NCBI GenBank assembly: GCA_031403195.1
Contig: JANNSZ010000061.1
Span: forward strand, 1,653-65,652
DNA length: 64,000 bases
Reading direction: 5' to 3'
DNA from: Planctomycetota bacterium
GTDB taxonomy: Bacteria; Planctomycetota; Planctomycetia; Pirellulales; UBA1268
The notes below the pieces were generated by a model. It did no database searches. It had not been told where the DNA came from and saw nothing but the letters and a program-made list of their open reading frames with translations. The position numbers and the translations under genes were made by a program. Shown here in pieces: positions 47,138-56,283 of the stretch (positions are counted from its first letter, which is position 1; every line of letters begins with the position of its first letter).

Positions 47138-47267
47138 GGGTGACTCGTGTCACGGAGCCGGCGTTGGAGGCTGAGCGCAGCCAGGATGGCGAAGCGAAGG
47201 CTACACCGAGTGAAGCGGCGGGCACGATGCCCGCCGCGAACGTCCGGCGAAGTGACACGCGTCACCC
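47138..47267 (+). repeat. structured interspersed element, family B, copy B3
   Basis: GGGTGACTCGTGTCACGGAGCCGGCG...GCGCAGCCAGGATGGCGAAGCG...GCGGCGGGC-ACGAT-GCCCGCCGC-GAACGTCCGGCGAAGTGACACGCGTCACCC. It lies between convergent genes. Confidence 0.85.
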
Positions 47268-47314
47268 AGGGCTACCAGCCGGCGTCGCGCATGTGCCCTG
47301 CGAGGAGGCCGCGA

Positions 47315-48454
47315 TTACCACTGACGCTCCAGCCCCAAGCTCGCACCGAACAAGAACATGCTGCCGGCGCCGTTGATGCCCGTGCCGCTCAAGGTGGTGT
47401 CGGTGAAATCGAACTGATTCGGGGCGAGGGCCAGGCCACTCAGCCAGGCCAGGTTGTAGCCCGCACGGAGTGACCAGTGTTCACCGAGGGACCGCACGGC
47501 CGTGATGTTCATGCTCGAGAGGAAGCCCGTGTTTGTCGTCGTGGCCTCGCGGCCTGGCCGGTACTCGAAATCCGGGACAAAACCGGTCGTGATCGGGCTT
47601 GTGGACTGGTGCATCCACGAGCCGCCGAGACCGACCTTCCAAAAACCTTCGAGCGCCCAGGATTGCCACTGCCGACGGCCGCGCACGCCTGTTTGCACGC
47701 CACAGAGGTTCGAGCTTGCGGCCACACGGTAGGCAGTCGTCGGCACGCTCGGGTCGGTCGTGATCCGCATGAAAGCGGTCTCATCCACACCTGCCCAGAA
47801 AACGCCACCGATCCAGTCGATTGTCGTGGTGCGATGCACCTTGTGACACGGGTCTCGCGGATTGCAGGTCGTGGTGGACCAGCCTTCGGCCAGAAAGAAG
47901 TTTAGCTCCGCAACATTCACCGCGGACGTGTACCCTGTCTGAATCGCGTCGGCGGTCTGCCATCCGGGCACGGCCAAGCCCAGGTCACCGGGCACGGCCA
48001 GGCCATCAGCAAAGTCGGCACGGTTGACGGCGTCCATGGCATAGAGGCCCCAGTAACCCACCTCCCAGCCGTCCCCTTCACAGTCTCGACGAGTGTGAAA
48101 GAGCCGCATGCCGGGTGTCGTTTCAAACACCATGCCGCGTGTCGTGAGCACCGTGCTGCCGGGGTTGGGTCCGAGCGGGCCAGTCAGAACCAGCGATTGG
48201 TCGTTGGTGCCGTTGTCGCGTTCCCAGAAGAGCAGGTCGAAGGTGGTCTGGGATGTCCAAGCGGGCCGCGTGGCACGACTCGACGCAATTCTCGTGGATG
48301 GGATGTACACATCGGATGGCTCCTCGAGCCACTCCTCCTCGCCGATGACAATAGGCTCGGGCTCCGGAGGGAGTTGCACCTCGGCGGCGTCCTCGGCCAA
48401 GCCCGTGGCCGAAAGACACACCAGCATCGCTGCCCACATGAGCCGACCCGTCAT
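47315..48454 (-). CDS. BBP7-family putative outer-membrane beta-barrel protein
   Basis: Signal peptide MTGRLMWAAMLVCLSATGLA, alternating beta-strand-like segments rich in G/W/Y, and a C-terminal ...FLFGASLGLERQW. This resembles the planctomycete BBP7 porin-like family. Confidence 0.7.
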   Translation of the reverse strand: MTGRLMWAAMLVCLSATGLAEDAAEVQLPPEPEPIVIGEEEWLEEPSDVYIPSTRIASSRATRPAWTSQTTFDLLFWERDNGTNDQSLVLTGPLGPNPGSTVLTTRGMVFETTPGMRLFHTRRDCEGDGWEVGYWGLYAMDAVNRADFADGLAVPGDLGLAVPGWQTADAIQTGYTSAVNVAELNFFLAEGWSTTTCNPRDPCHKVHRTTTIDWIGGVFWAGVDETAFMRITTDPSVPTTAYRVAASSNLCGVQTGVRGRRQWQSWALEGFWKVGLGGSWMHQSTSPITTGFVPDFEYRPGREATTTNTGFLSSMNITAVRSLGEHWSLRAGYNLAWLSGLALAPNQFDFTDTTLSGTGINGAGSMFLFGASLGLERQW

Positions 48455-48734
48455 TGCGTCCCCCTCTCACCGCGGGCTTGAAGCCCGTTTGCCCGCACCG
48501 GTACCACCGGCACGACCCACCCGCTTTCCCATCGACCAGAAGGCCGCAGAATCATGAGAACCGGCACATCCGCACCACGGCGGCTGGGCGAGGGGGCAAG
48601 CCAGGCAAAGAATCCGGCCTCTGGGGGCCCGCGGGCCGGTGCTGGCGAGGGGTCGGGCAAAGCGTTACGATTTGGCGAGTTCGCACCACCGCCGCGGAGC
48701 CCGCGGCCCGTAAGACCCCTTCTGAGGAAGACGC

Positions 48735-49091
48735 ATGGACCAGTTTCGCAGGATCCAGACGGGCAAGAAGGGGGACATCTTCATGATCCTGTTCAAGGAC
48801 AAGAAGATCCTGGACGACACCGTGCTCGACGAGATTCGCTCGGAGGTCACCCATTTCCTCGGCAAGGCTTCGGGCCCGGACGTGATGCTCGATTTCTCGG
48901 AAGTCGACTTCATGTCGAGTGCCATGCTCGGCCTGCTCGGCCAGCTGCACCGCAAGGTCGTGGGGGGCAAGGGACGGCTCAGGATGTGCAACATCAAGCC
49001 GGCCATCTTCCAGGTCTTCAAGCTCACAAACCTCGACAAGCTCTTCAGCATCCACAAGGATGCGCCAACGGCCCTAGCCACGTTCACCTGA
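48735..49091 (+). CDS. STAS-domain anti-sigma-factor antagonist (SpoIIAA/RsbV-like)
   Basis: 118 aa. VMLDFSEVDFMSSAMLGLL contains the conserved phosphorylatable Ser context. KPAIFQVFKLTNLDKLF is the typical C-terminal helix. Confidence 0.88.
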   Translation: MDQFRRIQTGKKGDIFMILFKDKKILDDTVLDEIRSEVTHFLGKASGPDVMLDFSEVDFMSSAMLGLLGQLHRKVVGGKGRLRMCNIKPAIFQVFKLTNLDKLFSIHKDAPTALATFT

Positions 49092-49135
49092 CCCAGATCA
49101 CCTGACACAGTTCACCTGAAACAAGGGGGGGCACG

Positions 49136-50539
49136 GTGGCTGACGGGGCGACGGCTGGAGTTGATGTCCTCATCGCTGAGGACAGCCGCATGCAGGCGAA
49201 GATTCTGCAGAAGCGGCTCACCGACGCCGGTCACACCGTCCGCTGGGCAGAGAATGGGTCGCTCGCGCTCGGCATGGCTCGCGAGCGACGGCCCGACATC
49301 ATCGTCTCGGATATCGAGATGCCGGTGGCGACCGGGTACGACTTCTGCAAGGCCGTGAAGTCCGACCCGGCGCTTCGCAGCGTGCCCTTCATCTTGCTGT
49401 CCACACTCTCGGACCCGATCGACATCATTCGGGGACTCGACGCGGGCGCCGACAACTACGTCACGAAGCCCTATGAGCCCGACTACCTCCTCGGCCGAAT
49501 GGCGGCGCTGCTAGCCACGCCGCTCGGTGACGAGGACGATGCTACCGCCACCACGCTTGAAGTCACGCTCGCCGGCCAGAGCTTCAAAGTGCGAGCAGGA
49601 CGCCAGCAGGTCTTGAACCTCCTCGTGTCGACGTTTGAAAACGCCGTCACCACAAACAAGGAGCTCATGGTCGCCAATCAAGAGCTTTCAGTTGCCCGCG
49701 ACCGCCTCGAGCAATCGAATACGGACCTGGTCAGCCTTAATGCCGAGATTTCGCGGATCAATAGCCATATGGTCCGCGACCTCGAGGCGGCGGCAAAGGT
49801 CCAGCGTTCCTTGCTGCCCGCCGATGACGTGGCCTTTCCCTCGCTCGATGTCGCCTGGCGGTACGTGCCGTGCCAGGGCCTCGCTGGCGACTTTCTGAAC
49901 ATCTTCCGACTCGATGACGAGCGGATCGGGCTGTTCGTCGTGGATGTGAGCGGCCACGGCGTGCCCTCATCCCTGATGGCGGTCACGGTCGGCCGGTTTC
50001 TCACGTCGAAGGTCTCTGACTCCTCAATCCTCGTGCGGCAAGGGCCCGCTGGCAGCGTCGTGATTGCCTCGCCAGCCGAAGTGGCCACGCAGCTCAACAA
50101 GCTCTTCCAGGCTGATGAGTTTTCGGGGCTCTATTTCACGATTCTCTACGGGGTCCTGCACGTGCCGAGTGGTCGGCTCGACTACGTTTCCGGCGGGCAC
50201 CCAGCGCTCGTGCGGATTCCAGGAGCCGGCGGGCCGCCAGAATTTCACGGGGCAGAGGGCTTTCCGATCGCCTTTGTGCCCGATGTCGAGTACGAGCAGC
50301 GGACGCTCGAGCTGCGACCGGGCGACCGGATCTATCTCTATTCCGATGGCGTGCCGGAGGCGATGGACAAAGACCGCGAGCCGTATGGCGAAGAAAAGAT
50401 GGCTGCATTCCTGGATGGCAGCCGGGAAGGTCCGCTCGATGCGAGCGTCGCTGGCCTCCTCGAACAGGTCGAAACCTGGTGTCGCCCACACGGCCCGCTC
50501 GACGACATCACGATCCTGGGCGTGGAGTGGCGGCCATAA
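49136..50539 (+). CDS. response-regulator receiver + PP2C/SpoIIE-type serine phosphatase (RsbU-like)
   Basis: REC domain: VLIAEDSRMQAKIL...DIIVSDIEMPVATGYDF...KP. Coiled linker. PP2C domain: GDFLNIFRLDD, FVVDVSGHGVPSSLMAV, YLYSDGVPEA, DDITILGVEW. Confidence 0.9.
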   Translation: MADGATAGVDVLIAEDSRMQAKILQKRLTDAGHTVRWAENGSLALGMARERRPDIIVSDIEMPVATGYDFCKAVKSDPALRSVPFILLSTLSDPIDIIRGLDAGADNYVTKPYEPDYLLGRMAALLATPLGDEDDATATTLEVTLAGQSFKVRAGRQQVLNLLVSTFENAVTTNKELMVANQELSVARDRLEQSNTDLVSLNAEISRINSHMVRDLEAAAKVQRSLLPADDVAFPSLDVAWRYVPCQGLAGDFLNIFRLDDERIGLFVVDVSGHGVPSSLMAVTVGRFLTSKVSDSSILVRQGPAGSVVIASPAEVATQLNKLFQADEFSGLYFTILYGVLHVPSGRLDYVSGGHPALVRIPGAGGPPEFHGAEGFPIAFVPDVEYEQRTLELRPGDRIYLYSDGVPEAMDKDREPYGEEKMAAFLDGSREGPLDASVAGLLEQVETWCRPHGPLDDITILGVEWRP

Positions 50540-51779
50540 TCGACGAGGATTCGGCAGGAGGCTGGGCATCGCCCAAGAGCGGCCACAGTGTATCGATGCG
50601 ATCGGTGAAGATGTCGCCGATGAGAATGTCGGTGATGAGTGCCTTGGCCGCAGCATGCTGGCGGACCACCTGTCCGAAGTTGAGGCCGTCGTAGAACGCA
50701 CGGACGAGCTTTCGCATGCGGTCCATGCCCGTGAGGTAGTCGGGCCCCCAGCCGCCCAGCGCGAGCGCCGACGTGTCGCCCCGGTCGAGCCCATCGGCGA
50801 TCGCGTCGGCGGCCAGCGCGCCGCTCTTGAGGGCGAGTAACACGCCCGACGAGTACAGCGGGTCGAGGAACCCGAGGGCATCGCCCACGAGCACCCATCC
50901 GTCACCCGCCACCTGCCGCGAGCGGTAGGAATACTCCTTGGCCACACGGAAAGGTTCGGTGCGGGTGGCCCCCGCAAGCCGTGGCACGAGCCCTGGACAG
51001 CGGGCCAATTCCTCGCCGTAAATCGCCTCCGAATCTTTCGAGTGACGTCCCTGGAAGAGATACGAAAAATCGGCGACAACCCCCACGCTTGTGATGTCGT
51101 CGGCGAGCGGGATGTACCAGAACCAGCCCTTCTTCCCTTCGAGCTGGAGGACGAGCGTGGCGCCAGCATCGCGGCCACACTCCCGCGCCGCCCCCTTCCA
51201 ATAGGTCCAGATGGCTGCCTTCTTGAGATCGGGGTCCCATTGCCGGAGCTCCAGGCGGTCTTGGATCAACCCGCTCTGACCCGCGGCGTCGACCACGACC
51301 CGGCACCGAACGGCTCGCTCACCCCCCGACTCGTCAGCGACTCTCACGCCAACGGCTCGGCTGTCTTCAAAGATCACGTCGAGAACACGCACGCCCTCGT
51401 GGACATCGACGCCCTTGGTCCGGGCGTTATCGAGGAGGAGTGCGTCAAAATCCTGGCGTGTCACCTGCCACGTACGGGAGCTCTCGTGGTCTTTGTAATC
51501 GGCAAAGTAAAACGGCGCCGAAAGCTTTCCATCTTCAGAGACAAATTGAACACTGTGCTTTTCGACAAACCTACTCCCCTGCATGTGAGGGAGAATGCCG
51601 AGCCGCTCGAGCACCCAGAACGTCTCCGGGATGAGCGATTCGCCGATGTGGTACCGAGGAAACCTTTCCCTCTCAAAGAGCGCGACGGAGTGGCCTCGCT
51701 CGGCCACAAGCGTGGCCGTCGTCGCGCCAGAGGGCCCACCACCGATGACCACCACATCCGGCTCGGCCTGACGAATCAT
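50508..51779 (-). CDS. FAD-dependent oxidoreductase (geranylgeranyl-reductase / flavin-halogenase-like family)
   Basis: ATG 51779: MIRQAEPDVVVIGGGPSGATTATLVAERGHSVALFERERFPRYHIGESL (GxGxxG dinucleotide fold), and later GDALGFLDPLYSSGV. The upstream 124 codons of the track ORF run through repeat A4. Confidence 0.85.
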   Translation of the reverse strand: MIRQAEPDVVVIGGGPSGATTATLVAERGHSVALFERERFPRYHIGESLIPETFWVLERLGILPHMQGSRFVEKHSVQFVSEDGKLSAPFYFADYKDHESSRTWQVTRQDFDALLLDNARTKGVDVHEGVRVLDVIFEDSRAVGVRVADESGGERAVRCRVVVDAAGQSGLIQDRLELRQWDPDLKKAAIWTYWKGAARECGRDAGATLVLQLEGKKGWFWYIPLADDITSVGVVADFSYLFQGRHSKDSEAIYGEELARCPGLVPRLAGATRTEPFRVAKEYSYRSRQVAGDGWVLVGDALGFLDPLYSSGVLLALKSGALAADAIADGLDRGDTSALALGGWGPDYLTGMDRMRKLVRAFYDGLNFGQVVRQHAAAKALITDILIGDIFTDRIDTLWPLLGDAQPPAESSSIMAATPRPGS

Positions 51780-51854
51780 CGTGATACTCCCGAGGCCCGG
51801 CTGGCGGAAACGGCTAGCCATGAAGGCTAGGCGCTCCGCCGGCCGGCGTCCAGG

Positions 51855-51978
51855 GACAGACTGTGGCCGGTCGCCTGATACAGTCTGCGCCGCACGATGC
51901 GGCGGTCGCTGACCATGACAAACCCCGGGTTTGTCATGGTCAGCCGAGTGGCCAAAGACAGGGATCGCGGAGGGCCAC
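51855..51978 (-). repeat. multi-hairpin 3-prime element, family A, copy A4 (divergent variant)
   Basis: The reverse complement starts 3 nt after the stop at 51982. Hairpin 2 is GCTGACCATGACAAAC-CCGGG-GTTTGTCATGGTCAGC, hairpin 3 is CGCCGCATCGTGCGGCG (identical to A1), and hairpin 4 is CAGACTGT-N15-ACAGTCTG. Confidence 0.75.
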
Positions 51979-51981
51979 GAA

Positions 51982-52359
51982 CTAGCTGTTCTCGAACTTC
52001 CGCAGGGCCTCAAGCGTCGCCAGGGCCCGCTCAACGCCGCCCAGGGCGCTGACAACCTTCTTGGCTTCCACGAGATCCTCGAGCGTGATGTTCGAGGCCT
52101 TCTTCGCCCGGCCGGCCTTCGCGCCCGCCTTCGCGGTCGCACCATCGGCACCGCCAGACTTTCGACGGCGACGGGGGCGGAAACCCATGCGCTTGAGGAC
52201 CATGCTCACCTGGGGCGAGGAAACCTCGACGCCCTGCTTCCGGAGCACTTCGATGATCGTCACGGGACGCGGCTTCTCGTTCTTGTTCTTCATCGCGGTC
52301 GCTATTTTGCGGATTTCCTCGGACTTGTTCATGTCCTTGGAATTCTTTGTCTCTGCCAT
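51982..52359 (-). CDS. small basic protein of unknown function
   Basis: 125 aa, Lys/Arg-rich (MAETKNSKDMNKSEEIRKIATAMKNKNEKPRP...RRRRKSGG...AKAGAKAGRAKKAS). It is preceded by an unusually AT-rich 170-nt spacer with GGAG 13 nt before the ATG. Confidence 0.6.
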   Translation of the reverse strand: MAETKNSKDMNKSEEIRKIATAMKNKNEKPRPVTIIEVLRKQGVEVSSPQVSMVLKRMGFRPRRRRKSGGADGATAKAGAKAGRAKKASNITLEDLVEAKKVVSALGGVERALATLEALRKFENS

Positions 52360-52530
52360 CAGGTATCAGTCTCCGTAAAAAAAGAAATGAGCCGCAGCAT
52401 TCCCGGCCCTGTAACGAGAGGCATAGTATACGCCTCGTGTTACCATCACAAGTGACCCCCGGTTTTTTCGAAACCGTTTGGTCACCGTCGCCCAAGTCAT
52501 CTACCCACCCTGAGGGAGCGCCCAGCCTGC

Positions 52531-52989
52531 ATGTCACTGATTCCCACCGGCTCGTTATGGCTCGCGCTCGCCGTGGCTGCAGGAGGCTGCATCGCCGTGC
52601 AGGCCGCGGCGAATGGGGCCTTCAAGCACCAGCTTGGTGACGCCCGGTATGCGGCTTTCCTCTCGATCTGCGGCACGATGCTGACAGCGCTCGTCTGCAT
52701 GCTCGCCCTGCGGCCAGCCATGCCGTCGATGACGGCCGTTCGCGGAGCCCCCTGGTGGATGTGGGTCGGCGGCCCGCTCGGCGCGATCTTTGTCCTCGCC
52801 GGTGCCGCACTGACGCCGCGCCTCGGCGCCGCGGCCTACATCACGGCTGCCATTGGCGGACAGGTTGTCTTCTCGCTGCTCCTCGACCACTTCGGTCTCA
52901 TGAACGTGCCGCAGCAGGGCCTCACCATGGGCCGCCTCGCTGGCGGCCTGCTGGTGGTTGGCGGCGTCCTGCTGGTGCGGTATGGCTGA
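52531..52989 (+). CDS. DMT-superfamily membrane protein (DUF606/YdcZ-like)
   Basis: 152 aa with five hydrophobic segments. GGCIAVQAAANGAFKHQLG and AAIGGQVVFSLLLDHFGL resemble YdcZ-type half-size DMT proteins. Confidence 0.75.
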   Translation: MSLIPTGSLWLALAVAAGGCIAVQAAANGAFKHQLGDARYAAFLSICGTMLTALVCMLALRPAMPSMTAVRGAPWWMWVGGPLGAIFVLAGAALTPRLGAAAYITAAIGGQVVFSLLLDHFGLMNVPQQGLTMGRLAGGLLVVGGVLLVRYG

Positions 52990-53416
52990 TCGCGAGGACC
53001 CAAAACAGCGGCCCGCGGCTCAGAAACTCAGCTGGTCGTGGAGTTGGATCAATCTCCTACTCGATGCGGCCCTCTTGGTCGCATTCACCGCGCTGTGTTT
53101 CGCGGCCGTCGTCGTCCGGTTTGTCTTTCCGCCAGGCCCAGCCGCCGATGGCTGGACGCTCTGGGGACTCGACTACGACGCCTGGGGGGGCATCCAATTC
53201 GCTCTCCTCGCGATGCTCGCCGTCGGGATCCTCGTGCACGTGATGCTGCACTGGTCGTGGGTCTGCAACGTGATCGCCAGCCGGGTCGCCGGTCGCGGCG
53301 CCCGCGTCGACGACGGCCTGCAGACGATCTACGGCGTGTGCCTGTTGATCGGCCTGTTGCTCACGCTTGGCGCAGGGCTCGCCGTGGCCGTGCTCACGGT
53401 GAAAGCCCCTCTGTAG
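52982..53416 (+). CDS. DUF4405-like membrane protein
   Basis: ATG 52982 overlaps the end of the upstream gene. It has three to four TM segments, and GILVHVMLHWSWV resembles the conserved His-containing helix of DUF4405. Confidence 0.55.
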   Translation: MADREDPKQRPAAQKLSWSWSWINLLLDAALLVAFTALCFAAVVVRFVFPPGPAADGWTLWGLDYDAWGGIQFALLAMLAVGILVHVMLHWSWVCNVIASRVAGRGARVDDGLQTIYGVCLLIGLLLTLGAGLAVAVLTVKAPL

Positions 53417-54122
53417 CCTCTGGAGCCTTCTCACAGTACGGGCAGCCGGCCGCGGGCTCACCCGAAAACGAAAGGCCACTGGCACCGCGGGCGATCGAAA
53501 CACAGCCCGTGAGCACGAGGCACCAGGCAGCCATCGCGTGGACCCGCTTTCGTGACGCCAGGCCCAGAAGCGACCCCCCAACGCCCGTCGCGACCATTCC
53601 CGGCACCGTGCCCAATCCAAACACTGCCATCGTGGCCAGCCCGGTCAGCACATTGCCGCTACTGCCAGCGAGCGCGAGCATGCCGTAGAGCAGGCCACAC
53701 GGGAGCAGGCCCGTGAACAGTCCTGCAAGAAACACATCCACGGTCGAGCGTCCGCCGAGCAGCGCCTTGAATGCGGAGGCCCCCGGACAGGCGATGGCCC
53801 CGCCCACGCCCCGCTTCTTGATGATGCCCGTGGCGAACAGCCCCTGGACGATGAGAAATCCACCGGCCACGAGGGCCAGCACCGCCGGCACATTGGTCCA
53901 TCCAGGCAGTTTTTCGGTGAGCCATCCCCCAAAAAAAGCCGCGGCGGCACCGAGGACCGAGTAGGTGAAGATCCGCCCGACGGAGTACCAACTCTGCCGC
54001 CAGAGGTTCGCCCTCGGCGACGGGGCGGCCGCGCCCAGCGCGAGCGCAAATGGCCCACACATGCCCAGGCAGTGCGCCGAGCCCAAGAGCCCTGCCCCGA
54101 AAACCAGTGGCCACTCGATCAT
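53394..54122 (-). CDS. DsbD_2 / TauE-like membrane protein commonly found in cbb3-assembly clusters
   Basis: MIEWPLVFGAGLLGSAHCLGMCGPFALALG (HCxxMCGP motif) and six TM segments. ATGA overlap with the P-type ATPase gene. Confidence 0.72.
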   Translation of the reverse strand: MIEWPLVFGAGLLGSAHCLGMCGPFALALGAAAPSPRANLWRQSWYSVGRIFTYSVLGAAAAFFGGWLTEKLPGWTNVPAVLALVAGGFLIVQGLFATGIIKKRGVGGAIACPGASAFKALLGGRSTVDVFLAGLFTGLLPCGLLYGMLALAGSSGNVLTGLATMAVFGLGTVPGMVATGVGGSLLGLASRKRVHAMAAWCLVLTGCVSIARGASGLSFSGEPAAGCPYCEKAPEATEGLSP

Positions 54123-56254
54123 GCGGCAGCCTCCACCGTCTCGAGGGTTTTCATCGTCGATGCCAAAGGAGATGCCGGGTCAGCGGCCGCCTCGTCGCGA
54201 CCAAGCCGCAGCGAATTACCGACAACCAAGAGGCTCGACGCAACCATCGCCACAGCGGCCAGAGCCGGGTGAACCATGCCCGTCGCGGCCAGGGGAATAC
54301 AGGCTGCGTTGTAGCCAAACGCCCAGACGAGGTTCCAGCGAATTGTGTGCCGGGTCTTCACGGCGAGATCGACGAGCCACGGGAGATGCGTGAGATCGTC
54401 GTCGAGGAGGCAGATGTGCGCGCTCCAGCGGGCAATATCGGCCCCGCAGCCCAGGGCGATTCCCACGTCGGCTGCGGCGAGCGCCGCAGCGTCGTTGATG
54501 CCGTCGCCCACCATTGCCACGCCGCCTCTCGTGCGAACCGCATCGATGGCGCCAAGTTTTTGGGCCGGCAACAGTCCTGCCTGCCAGCTCACACCGAGCT
54601 GCTTCGCCAGAGCCTCGACACGCGGTGGCTGGTCTCCCGAGAGGATCGTGACGAGTCGTCCCTGGCGCACAAGCCCCGCCACAGCCGCTGCCGCCGAGGG
54701 CCGCACCTGCTCGGCTGTCCAAAATGCCGCAACGGGATGTCCTTCGATCGAGAGCACACATCGCGATCCAAAAAAGGTGTCAGGAACCTTTTCGTTTCGT
54801 TCTTCAAGCCACCGCGGGCTGCCGAGCCATACCGTGTTTCCGGTGGCCTGATCCCGGCCTTCGACCCCTGACCCAGCGATGCTTTGGGAATTGTCTACCG
54901 CTGCGGGGAGGACGCCTTCGATAGCCACCATGTCGGCAATCGCCGCGGCTGTCACATGCGTTGCGCCGCGGGCCAGCCCAGCGGCCAGCGCGAGCATGGT
55001 GTCGCGGTCGGCGGCCTCGACGAGTTCGACTCTCTCGACGCGGCAGCCGGTCGTGAGCGTGCCCGTCTTGTCGAGGCAGAACGTCGCCACACCGGCGAGC
55101 CGCTCGAGCGCATCCCCTTCCCGCACGAGCACGCGCCGCCGCATGCATCGTCCAACCGCTGCCCAGAGCGCCATCGGCGTCGCGAGCCCGAGGGCACAGG
55201 GGCATGACACGACGACCACGGCGAGCCCGGCGAGCACTCCAGCCGCCGGCCCATTCCGCCACCAATGAGCGACACACGTGGCCGTTCCCGCGACCAGCAC
55301 CGCCGGCAGGAACCAGGCGGCGATCCGGTCGGCGGCCCGCTGGCTCGAGCTTGAGCCGACGGCCGCCGTGACTGCTGCGATCAGCTGCTCGAGCGTTCCG
55401 GCACCGGGCGGCGCCGTGGTCACGATGACCAGCTCGCCGTCGAGATTCGTCGTGCCGCTTCGCACGACATCACCGGGCCCACGAACGACCGGTTCACTCT
55501 CGCCGCTGACGGTCCGCTCATCCATTGTAGCACGCCCCGATTCGATTACGGCGTCCACTGGCACCTGCTCACCGGGCAGCATGCGCAGGACATCTCCCAC
55601 CCTCACCTCCGCGAGCGGAATGTCTGTTTCCATGTCAGCATTGGCGCCTCGCGCGTCTCCTCCACGACCGAGCCGCCGCACCCGATCCGGCAGGAGCGCC
55701 TCGAGATCCCGCAGCGCCGCGGTCGTCGCGAGTTTGCCTGATGCTTCGAGCCAGCGGCCCAGTGTCACGGCCAGGAGCACCATGCAGGCCACCTCGAAAT
55801 AGACATGACCCTCACCCTGCCACGTTGACCAAGCCGAGATCCCGAATGCTGCGGCCACACCGGTCACCAGCAAGAGATCAATCGAGAGCCGGCCCCGCTT
55901 GGCTTCATCGAGAGCCGACTCAACCAGCGGTACGCCCAAGAGCAAGAGCACCGGCACCGTGAAGACGAGCGACGCGTAGCGCGCCAGGTCATACAGGGCC
56001 CTGGCCTGCCCGTTTGTGTCTTCGGCAGCGCCCTCCGACCAGAGCAGGAACGTGAACACCATCACATTCATCGAGAAGAACGCAGCCAAGCCCAGGCAGG
56101 TCATCATCCATCGCGCCTGGCCATCGGCCCCACCCGACGCCGTGATCGCCGCCGCAAACCGACATCCCGAGCAGCAGTACCGTGGCCCCTCGTCCACCGC
56201 GCCGCGCACCGGCAGCCCGCAGTAATCACAGGCGTCGTTCAGGCGGCTCTTCAT
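54119..56254 (-). CDS. ccoI: copper-translocating P1B-type ATPase (FixI/CcoI-like)
   Basis: N-terminal CDYCGLPV...YCCSGCRF, CPC motif VVSCPCALGLATP, phosphorylation site CLDKTGTLT, and hinge VGDGINDAAALAAADVG. ATG 56254 (MKSRLNDACDYCG) is preferred because the first 22 codons of the track ORF are the left arm of repeat B4. Confidence 0.9.
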   Translation of the reverse strand: MKSRLNDACDYCGLPVRGAVDEGPRYCCSGCRFAAAITASGGADGQARWMMTCLGLAAFFSMNVMVFTFLLWSEGAAEDTNGQARALYDLARYASLVFTVPVLLLLGVPLVESALDEAKRGRLSIDLLLVTGVAAAFGISAWSTWQGEGHVYFEVACMVLLAVTLGRWLEASGKLATTAALRDLEALLPDRVRRLGRGGDARGANADMETDIPLAEVRVGDVLRMLPGEQVPVDAVIESGRATMDERTVSGESEPVVRGPGDVVRSGTTNLDGELVIVTTAPPGAGTLEQLIAAVTAAVGSSSSQRAADRIAAWFLPAVLVAGTATCVAHWWRNGPAAGVLAGLAVVVVSCPCALGLATPMALWAAVGRCMRRRVLVREGDALERLAGVATFCLDKTGTLTTGCRVERVELVEAADRDTMLALAAGLARGATHVTAAAIADMVAIEGVLPAAVDNSQSIAGSGVEGRDQATGNTVWLGSPRWLEERNEKVPDTFFGSRCVLSIEGHPVAAFWTAEQVRPSAAAAVAGLVRQGRLVTILSGDQPPRVEALAKQLGVSWQAGLLPAQKLGAIDAVRTRGGVAMVGDGINDAAALAAADVGIALGCGADIARWSAHICLLDDDLTHLPWLVDLAVKTRHTIRWNLVWAFGYNAACIPLAATGMVHPALAAVAMVASSLLVVGNSLRLGRDEAAADPASPLASTMKTLETVEAAA

Positions 56255-56283
56255 CGCTCCTCCGGCAATCCGGCCTCCGCGAG

